Below the pieces are notes generated by a model, which searched no databases, had not been told where the DNA came from, and saw only the letters and a list, made by a program, of their open reading frames with translations. This document shows, one piece after another, positions 51,299 to 64,000 of a stretch of 64,000 bases of DNA. This DNA is from Nageia nagi. Its lineage: Eukaryota; Plantae; Pinophyta. Each line of letters begins with the position of its first letter. The stretch's first letter is position 1. The position numbers and the translations under genes were made by a program. The stretch covers positions 6,820,001 through 6,884,000 of the forward strand of contig JBITNC010000002.1 in the NCBI GenBank assembly GCA_050084985.1, given 5' to 3'.

Positions 51299-51941
51299 AA
51301 AAACATGAAAAAAATTAATGCAAAAACTTCATACCTATAAAAGGGGATTTTGTAAGATTTGAACTCAAGAGCTTGCATTTAAAATCTACTATTTTGATCA
51401 ACATACCATACCATCAATGTTGAAATCCACCTAATTTCGTTTAATTTTGTAGCTATTCAAGTAAATAAATAACCTAGCGTTTATTGCTTATTATCAGAAA
51501 AAACAAATGGATCCCAATATCATCGTGCACTCAAGACTAACATTGATATGACAAGTGGGGGACAATATTGTGATAGTTTAGACAAGTCATGTCAATATGT
51601 AGGAATATACTTTTGATATTGAGGATGTGGCAGATAATAATATGGGTAAAAGAGTTTTGTTGTATTGAAAAGAGCAAGATTTGGAAATTTTCTATTTATA
51701 CAATTTTTGAATTTTTGACAACTCTTTAAAGTGTTTTTAATATAAAGTTTTGTATTTTGTTTTCTTGTATCATCATAGTCAATAAGTGTAGTTGGAATAA
51801 CTATACATACAATAAATCATGTTTACCATTGGTTATTCATTTTATTTTTTCAATTTCAATATGTTTGAGAATCAATTAAAATTTCGGAAAGATTGATTGT
51901 ACATTTTATAAATATATATATTTTTAACCAATTAAATTATG

Positions 51942-53890
51942 TATTTATAGATGAATAGATTTCTTTTAACATTCTTTTAAACTTATTAGATTTTAGGATC
52001 TATCAAAGTTTGTTCAAAAGTAATATTTATCAATTAAGTATTTGAATGATTGTTTATCATTAAAGAAAAATATTGAACAATAATCCAAATGTGAATATAG
52101 CTATGTTTATATTGTTAATAAATTAGCTTAGTATATCAAGTACAAGAATCGCTACTTTCCATAGACATACATGATATCCCATCCAACATTTCCTAGAATC
52201 AGGTTGCCTCTTGCAAATAGTAATTTCTCTTTTATTGATATAGTTGGAGGTCATCGCACATACCCATAATTACATTATGGTGTTTATCGATTTTACCAAT
52301 CATTCACTCGATGTCTCAGCTTCGCATATTGCCTCCTACTACTATCTTATTTGATATATCAACTTCACCTTGTAGTTGATCTCTTTCCTTACGCAATGCT
52401 CTTAATTCTTCAAACATCGCTACTAGATACTCTTTACTTTGCCTCCAATATTCCCTCTCAACAATCAATGTATCCCTCTCCATCATTACCATAGAAAGTT
52501 GGCTTAGTAGTTCTTATTTTTCTAAATTCCATGATGCCTCCAATATCTCTTCTTCATTAGAGTACAACCTTAAGGATTTGATTTCACAATCATTTGGACA
52601 AACAGTTGTTTGTGTTCCTCCCACATAAAGAGAGACTAAGCCTTGCCTTCACACTCCCAAAGGAAATTGTCCTCCTATTCATGTCCTCCATGAAACCCCA
52701 ACACTTATGCTTCACTCATGAACAAATGATAAAAATAAATTAGTAGTCTAAATTCATAAATAGCTTGAATGAAATGAAATAAAGTAACTCATAAGCATTT
52801 AAATTAAATTTGGTTGATAAAATGCTTCCAAAAGCTATAATGCATAAATGACATTACCATAACCAAATGGAAACTATATACCCCAAATATTATAATGTAT
52901 GTAATAAGTTATCATCATCATATCATATGCCAAATCACACTACTGGTTTTTTGTTTTAATACAATAAAGTTTTAAACTATTCCATTTCCTTATATGCTCA
53001 TAACATAATTATAACAAAAACTACTTTACATATAAAATGATTCATCTCATATGTTTTATGTAAGCATCTTTATCTATCTTGCAAGAAAATTTATTAACCA
53101 TCTAACAATTCTTGCCCATGATTAGAAATGCTCTAATTTACAAACATATATCCTTTTCTTGTGTCATATAATAGTAAGTAAAATCTAGTCAAAAGATATT
53201 ACTATAAGCTAAAGGAGTATTTTTTCCTATAGCCACTCCAAGCCTATGAGTTTACTCAAACACCCATTTAAACCCCCTTACCTAGTGGCTATACTTAAAA
53301 TTGCTAAGCTTGTTTTAGTTATACTATGTTCTCTCTTATATGTTAAAAAGAGAGGACTTACAAACATAGAGCAACATATGAATATAGATTTAGATCCTTC
53401 AAAATTAAATAATACCTACAAACTTGACAAAATAAGATATCTATTCTTGAGCATGAACATATATTTTCCCTTATACTCCTCAAAGTTCCAATGCAAACAA
53501 ATTGAAGGGTACATGAAATTATCGGTATCATATCAAAGAAGGCTAAAAACCATTAAACATGTTGAGTCACAAGCATAGTAGTACATTTGTGGACAACGTT
53601 CATGTAAGTTCTTCAAGGGACATGGTGGAAGCCAATTCCATTTGTTTAGACTTAGATTTTATATAAGCACCTCAACACTACCACCTTTTCCAAAGCATGC
53701 GTCGTCTTCCACTCCCACACATTGCATAACTAAAATAAGCTTGAAGATTTAATTTTATAACTTAATTATGTGATAAACAATCATTCAAATACTTAATTGA
53801 TATATTTTCATTATTGGACAATCTTTGATAGGACCTACAAACCAAGGGGTTTAAAATGATGTTAAAAGACTTATTTGTCTATGAAATAAG
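51942..53890. mobile_element. Putative long-TIR non-autonomous DNA element (about 130-bp TIRs)
   Basis: 51945-52060 is the inverted match of 53770-53888 (TCTTTTAACAT..TAGG..CTATCAAAG..ATCAATTAAGTATTTGAATGATTGTTTATCA); TSD not identified. Confidence 0.6.
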
Positions 53891-54707
53891 GATGAAAAAA
53901 CCTCTAATATTTGATATAAAGAATTATGGAATATTGATGAAGAACCAAACACCATGAGAATTCCATATAAAGTAATGATTGAAAAGAATAATGCATAAGA
54001 ATATAGGTAAAAAGTTAAACCCTCATAGGATATCACAATACTAATCGAACAATGATGCTTTCTAAAAATGATAGCTAAGAGTGACTTTTCAATAGGCACA
54101 ATAAATCATACAATTCATGTTATTTAACTGCAATCATTGGATCACACACCAATATATTTTAATTTGAACATTTAGTAATTACTAATATAATGATCCATGC
54201 ATACACATACATAACTAGTGAAAATAAATTTTAATTGTAATATTAATTAATACTATTGTGTTAATAAATACATGATTTAATTTACATAACAAATGAAAAT
54301 ATTTTTTTGGTTGTAGTATTAATAAATAGTAATATGTTAATAAACACATGATCTAAAAGCAAAAGTCAAGCTTATTATCCAAGAATCAACATTTGATTTG
54401 ACAATAGAGGTGTAATCATACTAATATCATCTAATTAAGATTTGAAAGAGATGAAATTTGAAGAGACAAAGGTTGCTTTAAATCCATAAGTAAATAAATG
54501 TCCATATCATAATATGAGGCAAAAATATGAAAACAAAAGTAAGAAAATCCAATAATCTTTAGAAATGTCTACATAACTATAGACAAGGAAACCATGGTGC
54601 AATACATATGGATACTAAAAGCAAATTTATATCAATATGAGTACCCAAAAAAACATAAGACTAACAATTATAACTTGATAGCTACATAAGTATAGTAATA
54701 ATAATAA

Positions 54708-55862
54708 GATAGATATATGTATTTTAACATCCTTTTAAAACCATTAATTTGTAGGATATATCAAAGTTTGTCTAAAGGTAAATATATATCAATAAAGTAT
54801 TTGAATGATTGTTTCTCATATAAAGGAAAATATTGAAATGCACATATATTCCAAGAAAAACAAGAATATTTTCAAAGGACAATTGACCATAACCACTCAC
54901 ATCCACCCAATGAAAACAAATCATTAAAATAAAATTATAGAACAAGATATGATAGTGTTTGTTAAAATCTCTAAATAGTAACGATAAAGAAAATTATGTT
55001 GCTCTTTCAACAAAGAAGTTTTTGATATTCAGGTATGTTTAGCCTTAGCATTATATTTCTAGAACAATATGTACAAAGGCTTCATGCAATTAGATGGATG
55101 CTCAAACTTGATAACAAGTTTTAAAAGGTATATTAGAGAAATATTAAAATTTTGATAATATAATATATTGTATTGAAGAGGTGTATGATATATTATATAT
55201 ACAATATAATGTAAAAAATTAATAAATAGTTAACTTGTAGTATTACTTAAAAAGAGAAATATGAAAACACCATATAGAAGGTCCAAAATTCCACTAGCAC
55301 CCCTACATTGATGATATTTAAAAATTTTTGAAAGGTCCCGACAATTCAATAAGATTAAAGAACATTAAATGTTAATTTTTTTAATTAATGCTAAGAGGTG
55401 TTCTCTAGCTACAACACCAAGGGTGGAGTGGAGATCCAAATGTCGCATGTGAGTTCGTTCGTTAAACATTAACTTCAATATTTAAAAAAAAATTAATCAA
55501 CTTTACTATTTAAAAACAAAGTTGAATTTAAAAATATAACTACAACATTAGAATATCAAATAAAATAAATAATATATAACATTAAATAAAATAAATTAAT
55601 ATATAACATAAATAAATTAGTATATAAATTAATAAAATAACATTAAAATAAATACCAAGAAATATCAATAAATGAGATAGATATGTACGACGTTTTTTTT
55701 GATATATAAGGAGGTATATCAAAGCTAGTAATAACTTAACTATATAAGAAATAAGCATTCAAATACTTAATTGATATAGTTTCTTTACTTGTCAAAAAAA
55801 AGATTGATAAATCCTACAAATCTTTGGATTTAAAAACATGATAAAAGATTTATCATATCATA
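54708..55862. mobile_element. Second element with the same TIR family
   Basis: 54720-54838 is a direct copy of 51964-52077; 55742-55855 is an inverted copy. Confidence 0.55.
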
Positions 55863-57911
55863 TCATATTTTTAAGAGAATTTACGACCCATGATATTATT
55901 ATTAGGTAGGAATATAAAAAAATACATCATTGTAGTATCATGAATAACTACATTTGAAAGGTTTTTCTGTTAACTCAATTATTATTTTTATTAAATCGGG
56001 TAAATTTGATATTAAAAAAAAAAAGCCAAAGTTTTGAAAGGACCTTTGGGAACCTCGTACATATGTGGATTTATGATAGGCTAGCTCATAACTCTTGCAG
56101 AGAAAATGAAGCATTACATATATTGATAAAACGTAGCATACATATATTGATAAAACATAACATACATATATATTGATAAAATGTAGCATATATATATTAT
56201 AAAATATAGTAGATCATATGATAACTGATAAGTAACATTATAAACAAAGTACAAACTGTAGTAAATCATAACTGATAAGAATCCTAGTTTAATAAATCAT
56301 TTCATTGCAAATAAAAAATGTTGAAAAGGTGCTCCATTTAAGCCTAACAACCATGTGCCCTCCAACACCCTGTATTGTTTGAAAGATGAGACTCTTCCTC
56401 ATTCCAAATTTGAGCTCTACAAACAAAGCAGAAGAGCATAAGAGCTTTGTTTGACCCCAACATCACCATGCCCTCCAACACTGTGTAATATTTGAAAGAT
56501 AAACCCTCCCCTCCATTTTAGATTTGTACTCCATGATTCATTTGCTAGCTTTATGAGCTCCAACTCTTAGGATCATCCTTCCTTACAATCTTTACAAGAG
56601 CTCTTTATTGCCATCAAAAGATAGTTGCTCCAAATCAATGGAACAAAGATCTCCTTATAGATATTGGCCCACATCAAAACCCCAAGGTTTCCTTCGCAAA
56701 TCTGAAAAGCTCTCAATGCATACTAGCATTTGAGTGCAAATCCTTTCTCTTATGGGTTTGAGATATAAAACATGAAAGTTAGAATCATTCTTACCCGTAT
56801 ATTTGTTTTTTTTCAACCATATTTTCCATTCACAACAACGAGCAATCATTTTTTACTAGCATTATTAACACAACTGCTCCAATATGTATCTTACAAACAT
56901 AACGATGTACCCTCATTCTTTTGATCTAAGCATTATAAACATAGCAGCAAAATCGGCCATTAAAAACCTATTGAAATTCAGAGTTTTCATTTCTTAAGAA
57001 CTACATTATGAAGTTTCCTTATCTTAAGAAGAGTTCATAGTTTTTATATGTGATTCTCTTGTGGATTACTATAATCTTTTTAAAAATATTGTAAGATTTA
57101 GTTATTAATCTCATTATTGAGTAGCTTATAACAGAACCTTAATCCATGAACCATTAGATGATTTTATTCTTTCAATATTGATTACACGTATCTATGGAAA
57201 AATGTGGATTACAATAATATTTGTTTACATTTTTGCTTTCAATGAATATATTTCCCACTAAGAATGTTATGAAACTTTTATGATTCCTCCTTTGCTTCTC
57301 TTGCATGATCTTGATCTGCTTGATTTCTATCCTCCATCGTTCTAAGAGCCTTGAGATCCTTTATATGATAAAAACAATGTTACCTAACTAATTCTTGCTC
57401 CACTTCGTTAAGGAAATAGCAGCACATGAGTATACCATCCTTAAAACAGGTTTCAAAAGATCTGCCAACCACAGCATATTAATGCCATTTTCAAGCAACT
57501 GCATTTACATTGAAGTAGTACTCTGCATGATAGTACAATAATAGAGCGCATACCTGTCCATTTCATTATTCTACACTAGTCATTTGAAATTGCTTGTTTC
57601 ACAATATGAAAGATGATAAAATGTATGGGTAGCTCAGTGAAAACAGGAATCAAAGATGAATGTCACTATATCAGAAAACTCTCAAATGCAGTGATCCTCA
57701 ATGCCTTTCTATTCACAATGAAACAAGACACTGCCAATTAACAATTCTAGCTGAAATTTTAAAAAGACCTACATCCCCAATTAATAAAGCACAAGTTAGA
57801 ACTACCCTTCCAGGTCAAATTGCAATTGGACGAGACTATGATCCACGAAAAATGCTAGCTATCTATGGATGAAATTGATACAAGCTCCCTGGGCCGAGAA
57901 TCACTACACAA

Positions 57912-58127
57912 TTAACAGATGGCTGAAACAGTGGTGGAACTACTACTACCCTCTCGTTGGATTTTCTCAAGAGTTTCCACGACTCCACCATTGTTTGGGT
58001 GATCCTCCTTCCTCTTCTTCAATCTGCGCATGCCAAAAGTGGTTGCATCATCCTCGCATCCACTTCTGCTGGAAGCCCAATTAGTACTAGTACTAGGCCC
58101 TGAACACGAGCATCCATAATCATCACC
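57912..58127 (-). CDS. BBX28/29-like copy 2, exon 2 (71 aa plus premature stop)
   Basis: Acceptor GTACAG|GGT at 58128/58127; ends SAIC* where copy 1 has SAICKL. Confidence 0.87.
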   Translation of the reverse strand, partial: GDDYGCSCSGPSTSTNWASSRSGCEDDATTFGMRRLKKRKEDHPNNGGVVETLEKIQREGSSSSTTVSAIC

Positions 58128-58698
58128 CTGTACACCATGTTCCACATCCATTAAATCAGCATTTTTCATCCATAAATCCAAGACAAGCAATTTATAGCAA
58201 TCAAGCACAAAAATTCTCTTCCACAACATTCTTTCAAATGCACTTCTTAATTTTCAAGAACATCCCAATCCAAATAACATTGGCTAAATTAGCTATTCCA
58301 CTTATCTTGCATACTTGTGATGATGAAACCGTTATAGCAACAGAAACTTACCACGGAATACAATGAATTTCCAAGCTCATGATCAGCTGACTAAGTAAGA
58401 TGGGAGGCAAAAAAATCTGAACTTCAATAATTGTATCCAGGTTAAAAAAGACTTTAGCTTAAAGATTAACTAATTTTGGATATTTTCCTCCCAAATCCTG
58501 ACTAGCCTTTTTAAATAGGATCCCTACATTAAATAATCACTAGATTTGATGAAAAAGCAATCTTGAACCCACAAGAGCTTTGATAGCTCAGTTGCTAAGA
58601 CCACCCAACGGTAAATGCAAGGTAAGAGTTGAGTACAGGTAAAATAAAAGCATATTAATTATTATTACAGAATATTCTTCATCTACCTTATTCTTAAT

Positions 58699-59138
58699 GG
58701 CCCTGGCTATCTAGCCATCAGAATTCCTCCTCCATGTAAGTTTGATATTGTCAGACGTCAAAATTAAATTTTGGTAGAGTGCAAATTTTTCTGATGTAGG
58801 AGTTAATCCCACTTCCTAGAAAGAAGCTAATTGCAGTAGGATTAACCTTTTTTCGATTTGAAATAGAAACCATGTCAAGAATGTTTTGTGTTGAAACCGA
58901 TGGTATGCTGTTAAAACACTGTAAATTTCTACCATATACACAAGTTTGAATTCCTGTAAAACCATTTTGACACCTACTAGGTCCAACACTTAATTTTTTT
59001 TCACCATTTCATGATAAACGAAATATGATTAACCCTAAAATTGTTAAACGCAGTTCAATTAACCTGAATCTCGAAAATTGCACCATGTCATATTTGTTAG
59101 AGGTACGGAAGAATTCTGGAGGCTAGATAGCCAGCGCC
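58699..59138. mobile_element. Mutator-like MITE (440 bp) in the copy 2 intron
   Basis: TIRs GGCCCTGGCTATCTAGCCATCAGAATTCC / GGAAGAATTCTGGAGGCTAGATAGCCAGCGCC; perfect 9-bp TSD ATTCTTAAT; empty site in copy 1 at about 49135-49150. Confidence 0.93.
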
Positions 59139-59773
59139 ATTCTTAATTTGCCAAGCAAGTCGCTGGAAAGATAAAGAAAAAAGATCCACACTTATAGGAG
59201 TAGCAAATTTTCAAGCCAGCGTTTAAAAACTAAGGGCGACCCAAACCCAAACCCTAGGTCTGCAGACTGGCGTGGGCAAGGAAAATGGCACGGAATATTC
59301 GCCCATCGTACGGTCCCAAGGCAAAATGCGTCTCTAAACTATGAAGCTAATCAAACACTAAAACTACATGCAGATGCACAGTGTACCGTACTCCTGGCAT
59401 GTAATTCAGGTGTGATTTCCAGCCACGGAAGAATTAAAGAGAAGTGACAAGTGAAAAAAATAAAAACACAGTCTGGTATGACATATTACGCCGTCGGCCG
59501 CTGCGGGAACGGATTTTTTACTATGTACGCCATGAAAAATTATCTTCAGCAGCAAGAGGAGCACCGACATCAAAACGAAACATGGAAGAACCCCAAGTTC
59601 GCGCAAACAAACTCCTAGAAAGAAACGTAACAACATGGAAGCTCTGTACAGGTCGAGCTCCGCATGATTCTAGCCATCGAAATTACATTCGGAGGGTTAA
59701 ATGCACAGGACGGAGCGCCATAGATCTACTCCGAGAACACTAGATTTCATCATAAACATGTATGTAACCGAGC

Positions 59774-59917
59774 AACAATTTTCATGCAAATCAACACATT
59801 GAAGCCTTAAATACCTACCTCAACAATTTTCATGCAAATCAAACAATTGAAGCCTTAAAAACCTATCTCAACAATTTTCATGCAAATCAAAACATTGAAA
59901 CCTTAAAAACCTACCTC
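59774..59917. repeat. 3 x 48-bp tandem repeat covering the exon 1 splice donor of copy 2
   Basis: AACAATTTTCATGCAAATCAA....TTGAAGCCTTAAA.ACCTAYCTC at 59774, 59822 and 59870. Confidence 0.95.
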
Positions 59918-60442
59918 AACAGCTTGAAGATCCAAGATCTCATGCATGCGCTTGAGAGGCGAGCTCTCCGGTCCTGTGTTCGAACCCCAGACAGATCCCG
60001 CCGAGGACAGCGTAAATCTCTTAGCGTAGTGGTTTCCCTGTCCATCGAATTCAAACTCAGAGTCTCTCTCATCTTCCTCCTCCTCCTCCTCCTTCCCATC
60101 ATCATCATCATCATCCTCGGTCGAAGGAGAGCTCGGAGGACGCCCCGCGATCCCGGAGGTGAAGGGAACCACCTGGTTCTCATCGATCCCATCACAGTCG
60201 TTCTGGTGCTGTCTACTCCGGGCCACGCATTTCTCGCAGATGGATACGGTCAGTCCAGGGTTCGATCCCGAAGCTCTCCACGCCGTGACCGCCTGGCAAA
60301 CCTGGCACAGCAAGCTCCGCGAGTGCCGCGCCACCAGAAAATTCGCGCCGTGGACTTTCGCATCGCATTGCCGGCAAAGGCTCGCGTCGTCCGACTCGCA
60401 GTACATCCGTGCCGCCATTTCACAAAGCTCGCATTCCTTCAT
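59915..60442 (-). CDS. BBX28/29-like single B-box protein, copy 2, exon 1 (176 aa; spliced protein 247 aa)
   Basis: MKECELCEMAARMYCESDDASLC..CDAKVHGANFLVARH; ENQVVPF; donor GAG|GTAGGT at 59915/59914; start chosen by homology with copy 1. Confidence 0.93.
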
Positions 60443-61399
60443 GATTCCCTCCCCCACGCAACCCCTTCTGCACCTCGATCTGGGATTCGAACTCGCGCCG
60501 ATCTTCCTCTCAATTTCTTGCCTTTCTTTCAGAGGATTCGAACACGACGCGATCTTTATTTGAAACCCTAGATGAAATCTTGAAGGAATTGTGTGATGTG
60601 AGGTCCGCAGATCAAATTCTCTGCTAAGCTCATCCAGTCCGTCGCTGTCGGAAAGGAAATCGCGTAGTATTTGCAGGAAAAACGTGAGGACTGAGGATAC
60701 GAAATGTTTGGTCTTTGAGGGAGAGGGGAAGGACCAACGTAAGCATAGCATGTTTGGTACATCGGAGGGAGACACGAAATAGACATTGGTCCATTGGAAG
60801 GTGCGATGATGAGGGAGACACCAAATGATAAATACAAACTTAGATATATATTTAAAAAAAAGTTAAGAGGTATTAATTTTATTTTTTAGAATTGTGATTT
60901 TTAAGATAGAGGTTTCAAGATTGATGCTTCTAAAAGTTTTTAAATATGTTTTTAAGATATTTAATTTAGTTATTTTATTTTCTATATTAAATATAATATA
61001 TTAAAAGATAAAATATAAGGTGTTATTAAAGATTATGATAAGTTGGTGGAAGGGAGTAATCACTGAACGATATGAGATATGGTTAATGTGGTCGAGAAGC
61101 ACAAACGAGGGGGTCTTTTCATCTCGCATCCTATGTAAGTCGGGCTTGATACTTTTGGAGAGTACGTAGGCAATCATTTCCTAAGATGGCTCACATGAGA
61201 GAAGGGACTATGCTAGAAGCCGATTCGAATTATGATGCATGCTCAAGCGAGGATTGGACGTTAAAGGGTTGGAGGGACTAGCTTAAGGCTTTAAGAACAC
61301 CAGTTTAGAGGGGGAATTTAGTTGTTATAGAGAGAGGATTTGAAGTTCATATGCAAGAGCTCTAATGCTAATGGCAAGAGGTAGAGTAAGGGGCTCTAA

Positions 61400-62330
61400 T
61401 GGAGGGTATAAGGACTTATGGCCAGAACCATCCAAGCTCTTAGTTAGTGATGATGTGTAGGAGATGTTGAAGAATGTGGGATATTGGAGCTTCTTGGATC
61501 TCTTCGAAGGCTACGATTTAGTAATGTGCCACCAAATGGTAATTAGTTGGGTGGAAGACTGTGTAACTATGGGTACGTTCATGTTTGAGATATTGTCGAT
61601 AGTGTTGGTAGAGATTTCAGGTCTATCAGATGATGGACTTAATTAGATTTCTTCACCACCAATGAGAAGATTGGGTGGGATGGGAAATACATATTGAGGG
61701 AGGGATTATCCTAACCCTTGCTAAAAGTACTATCGTGAATTATATTACATTAGATACCCAAATGATATGGGTAAGAGGCTATCACCTAGCCATCATGAAT
61801 CATATACGATGGAGGAAAAGGGTTAATATACCTTATTTCTTATTTAAGGCGATGGAGAAGGTCGTTGAGGATTTTCACAAAGGGAGAACTAAATTTGCAT
61901 TTCATCAAGGTCTATCCTCGATCATGGCCAAATACATGGCCAAGAAACAAGGTTGGATGGGGGACCTAAATGATTTCATGCCTATTCTGACGAAGGAGGA
62001 GAAAGGTGGTGATGAGATGGGGGTATCGGGCGGTACTTGAAAGCACAAGAGTATGAAGGAAGTAGAAGGAGGATGATGCAGTTCATCATGCAAAGGCAAA
62101 TTGGCTACTAAAGAGGATCCAAATGATTCCTAGAAGATCACTCCCCCTTCCTCAACAATTGGACGTTGGCCAAGAAGCTCATTGAAGAATCTCGGAGTGA
62201 GTATAAGCATTATGCTCAAGGAGATAAGGTCGTTGTGGGATGCACTGTTGGTAGGACTTAACAATATTGTTGCATAGATGGACAAGCTTCAATAATTCAT
62301 CTATGAGGAGTTGGATGTTTAAAGTTTAGA
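61400..62330 (+). pseudogene. Decayed repeat-associated ORF (putative retroelement accessory protein)
   Basis: WSFLDLFEGYDLVMC..SW, NYITLD...YHLAIMNHIR..KRVNIPYFL.KAMEK..FHQGL; resembles, from recollection, hypothetical TE-linked proteins common in conifer genomes; stops and frameshifts present. Confidence 0.45.
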
Positions 62331-62967
62331 CTATCATAAGATACTTGTTTTGCTGGGAAAGGAATCAGTTAAGTTTTATGCCTTAGGAAGGCCTATGTTG
62401 TGTAGGTTGGTAGTCGTTTAGCATAGTAGTAATAATATAGTGATACTAGGAGGTTTTTGTTGTTCAAGATATTAAAGTTGAAATCAAGGCATGGATGTAA
62501 TTAGGATTTTGGTTCCCTTTGATATATATATTAAAAAAATTATGATAAATTTTAAAATTAAAATGCTATTAAAATATTATTAAATCAACATTAATATAAA
62601 ATACTATCATATTTATTTTAAATTTAAAATGTTATCAATTAATTATTCTATATATACAAAGGGTCTTAGACAGTTGGGTTGGTCTTGTATTGAAAGGGCT
62701 CTCATTTCAATGTTGTCCAAGTTTATTAATTCCAAAAGAACTGTTCCACATCCCATCATTCTAGTTCAGTTTGATGCTCATCCATTATTTACAACAACAA
62801 TATATCATGTTGTCTCTTTACTACGTAGATTCTATTGTATGCTAAATATGAGAAGATATCCATATTTAGCACTACAATCCTCAATGCAATTAGTAAATCA
62901 AGGGGTTATTTTTAAAATAAAGGAGGGTGAAATATTATTTGTGAAATTCTTTTACTTTAAATTTTTT

Positions 62968-63205
62968 AGGGACTTAATTTTTTAAATGAATGCTTAAGGA
63001 CTTAAATTATAATTTTTGTTAAGTTAAAAGATGCATGCTTATTACTTATTTAATGATGTATTTTTTTTGCTTAATGCTTTGAACTTAATTTTTTAAGTTA
63101 ATGCATGCTTAAGGACTTAAATTATATTTTTTAAGTTAAATGATGCATGCTTATTACTTAAATTTTTAAGTTATGGAATAATGCATACTTAATTTTTAAG
63201 TATCT
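62968..63205. repeat. Degenerate AT-rich tandem repeat
   Basis: ACTTAATTTTTTAAGTTAA..ATGCATGCTTA units; 62990-63048 recurs at 63105-63160. Confidence 0.75.
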
Positions 63206-64000
63206 TCTTATGCAAAGTTAATATACTTGTGCAAATTATTATGGACCTATGTAAAGATGTCCTTTAGGGGTTAGTAAACAAAACCCATTGGACTCTTAAG
63301 TTTCAAATTTTGCATGAATGATGTTTTACTTATGCTCTTTTACTTCATGTTTCGCACTTTGATTTATTTGTTTATATAAACAAAAACACAAACATTGATA
63401 TAAGCAACCCATTAAAATGAACACATCCACACGTACATTTTGCAACATGACTTGTTTAGGGAGCCATGAGGTGAGGATAGATAGAATGGAGACTTTAAGT
63501 TCGATGATCCAAATGGTGAAAAGTTTGTACTTCTCAATTGCCTCTAAGTCCTCTGTTGGTCTGGATTTAACTCCAATATGTGGGTAGGTATGTGTGTAGT
63601 GATACCACATATCCGCACGTCTATTTAGGGATTATCCTGATAATCTAGGAGGATAACTTGAAATCTAATCAATATTAATAATTTTGCTGATCCAATAAAC
63701 ATTAAAACCTTGGAAAATAGGTAGTACTTCTCCTTGTGAGAGTATATTGCTACCCAAGGGGAACTAGTTGAGGATTGGTAGGACTTGGGCTCCTCTTGTG
63801 TGGGCATCTAGGTGAAGGCCTAATTTTAGATAAGAAAACAAGCCTCAATAATGTCACTCTACATCTATGGTTCTTGAGATGAGAAATGCATTTGGGTACA
63901 TGGTTATTATTTAAATTGTAAAACATTTGCACTTGTGAATCAAATCAAGCATGTCTTTAGTGTTAAATGTAATATGTATTATTTACTTGGTTAAAACTTA

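Noticed and set aside
56330-56870. Possible LINE ORF1 fragment (WNKDLLIDIG)
   Set aside because: A single short motif is insufficient support
60443-60775. 111-aa N-terminal extension of BBX copy 2
   Set aside because: Not open or conserved in copy 1; homologs start at the B-box; region aligns to the UTR/promoter of copy 1
63300-64000. Short minus-strand ORFs, possible transposase relic
   Set aside because: No diagnostic motif recognised

Overview
AT-rich plant nuclear DNA, most likely from a large-genome gymnosperm (conifer-like); this is inferred from the repeat content and BBX sequence, not proven. The only clearly intact host genes are two tandem-duplicated, minus-strand, two-exon BBX28/BBX29-like single B-box genes (about 48.2-50.1 kb and 57.9-60.4 kb). 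The rest is mostly nested transposon remains: an 83-bp minisatellite within local duplications, a hAT transposase relic, two Copia relics and a LINE relic. A CACTA element (20217-27123, TSD TTC) hosts a full-length decayed Copia (20564-25662). A large CACTA-type element (about 27814-44762) has divergent Tnp2 and TnpA-like genes, each preceded by a degenerate telomere-repeat array. Its Tnp2 exon is split by a pol-less Ty3/Gypsy-type LTR element (29824-37318, TSD GTCCA) with a tRNA-Trp PBS and a spliced antisense plant-mobile-domain gene. The BBX duplicates differ in informative ways: a nonsense codon, a triplicated splice donor, a MULE-MITE, a promoter indel and a 5' minisatellite carrying Pol III B-box motifs. 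No new system can be proven from sequence alone. The best candidates are the telomere-array/bidirectional CACTA architecture, the Trp-primed PMD-carrying element and the BBX regulatory divergence.
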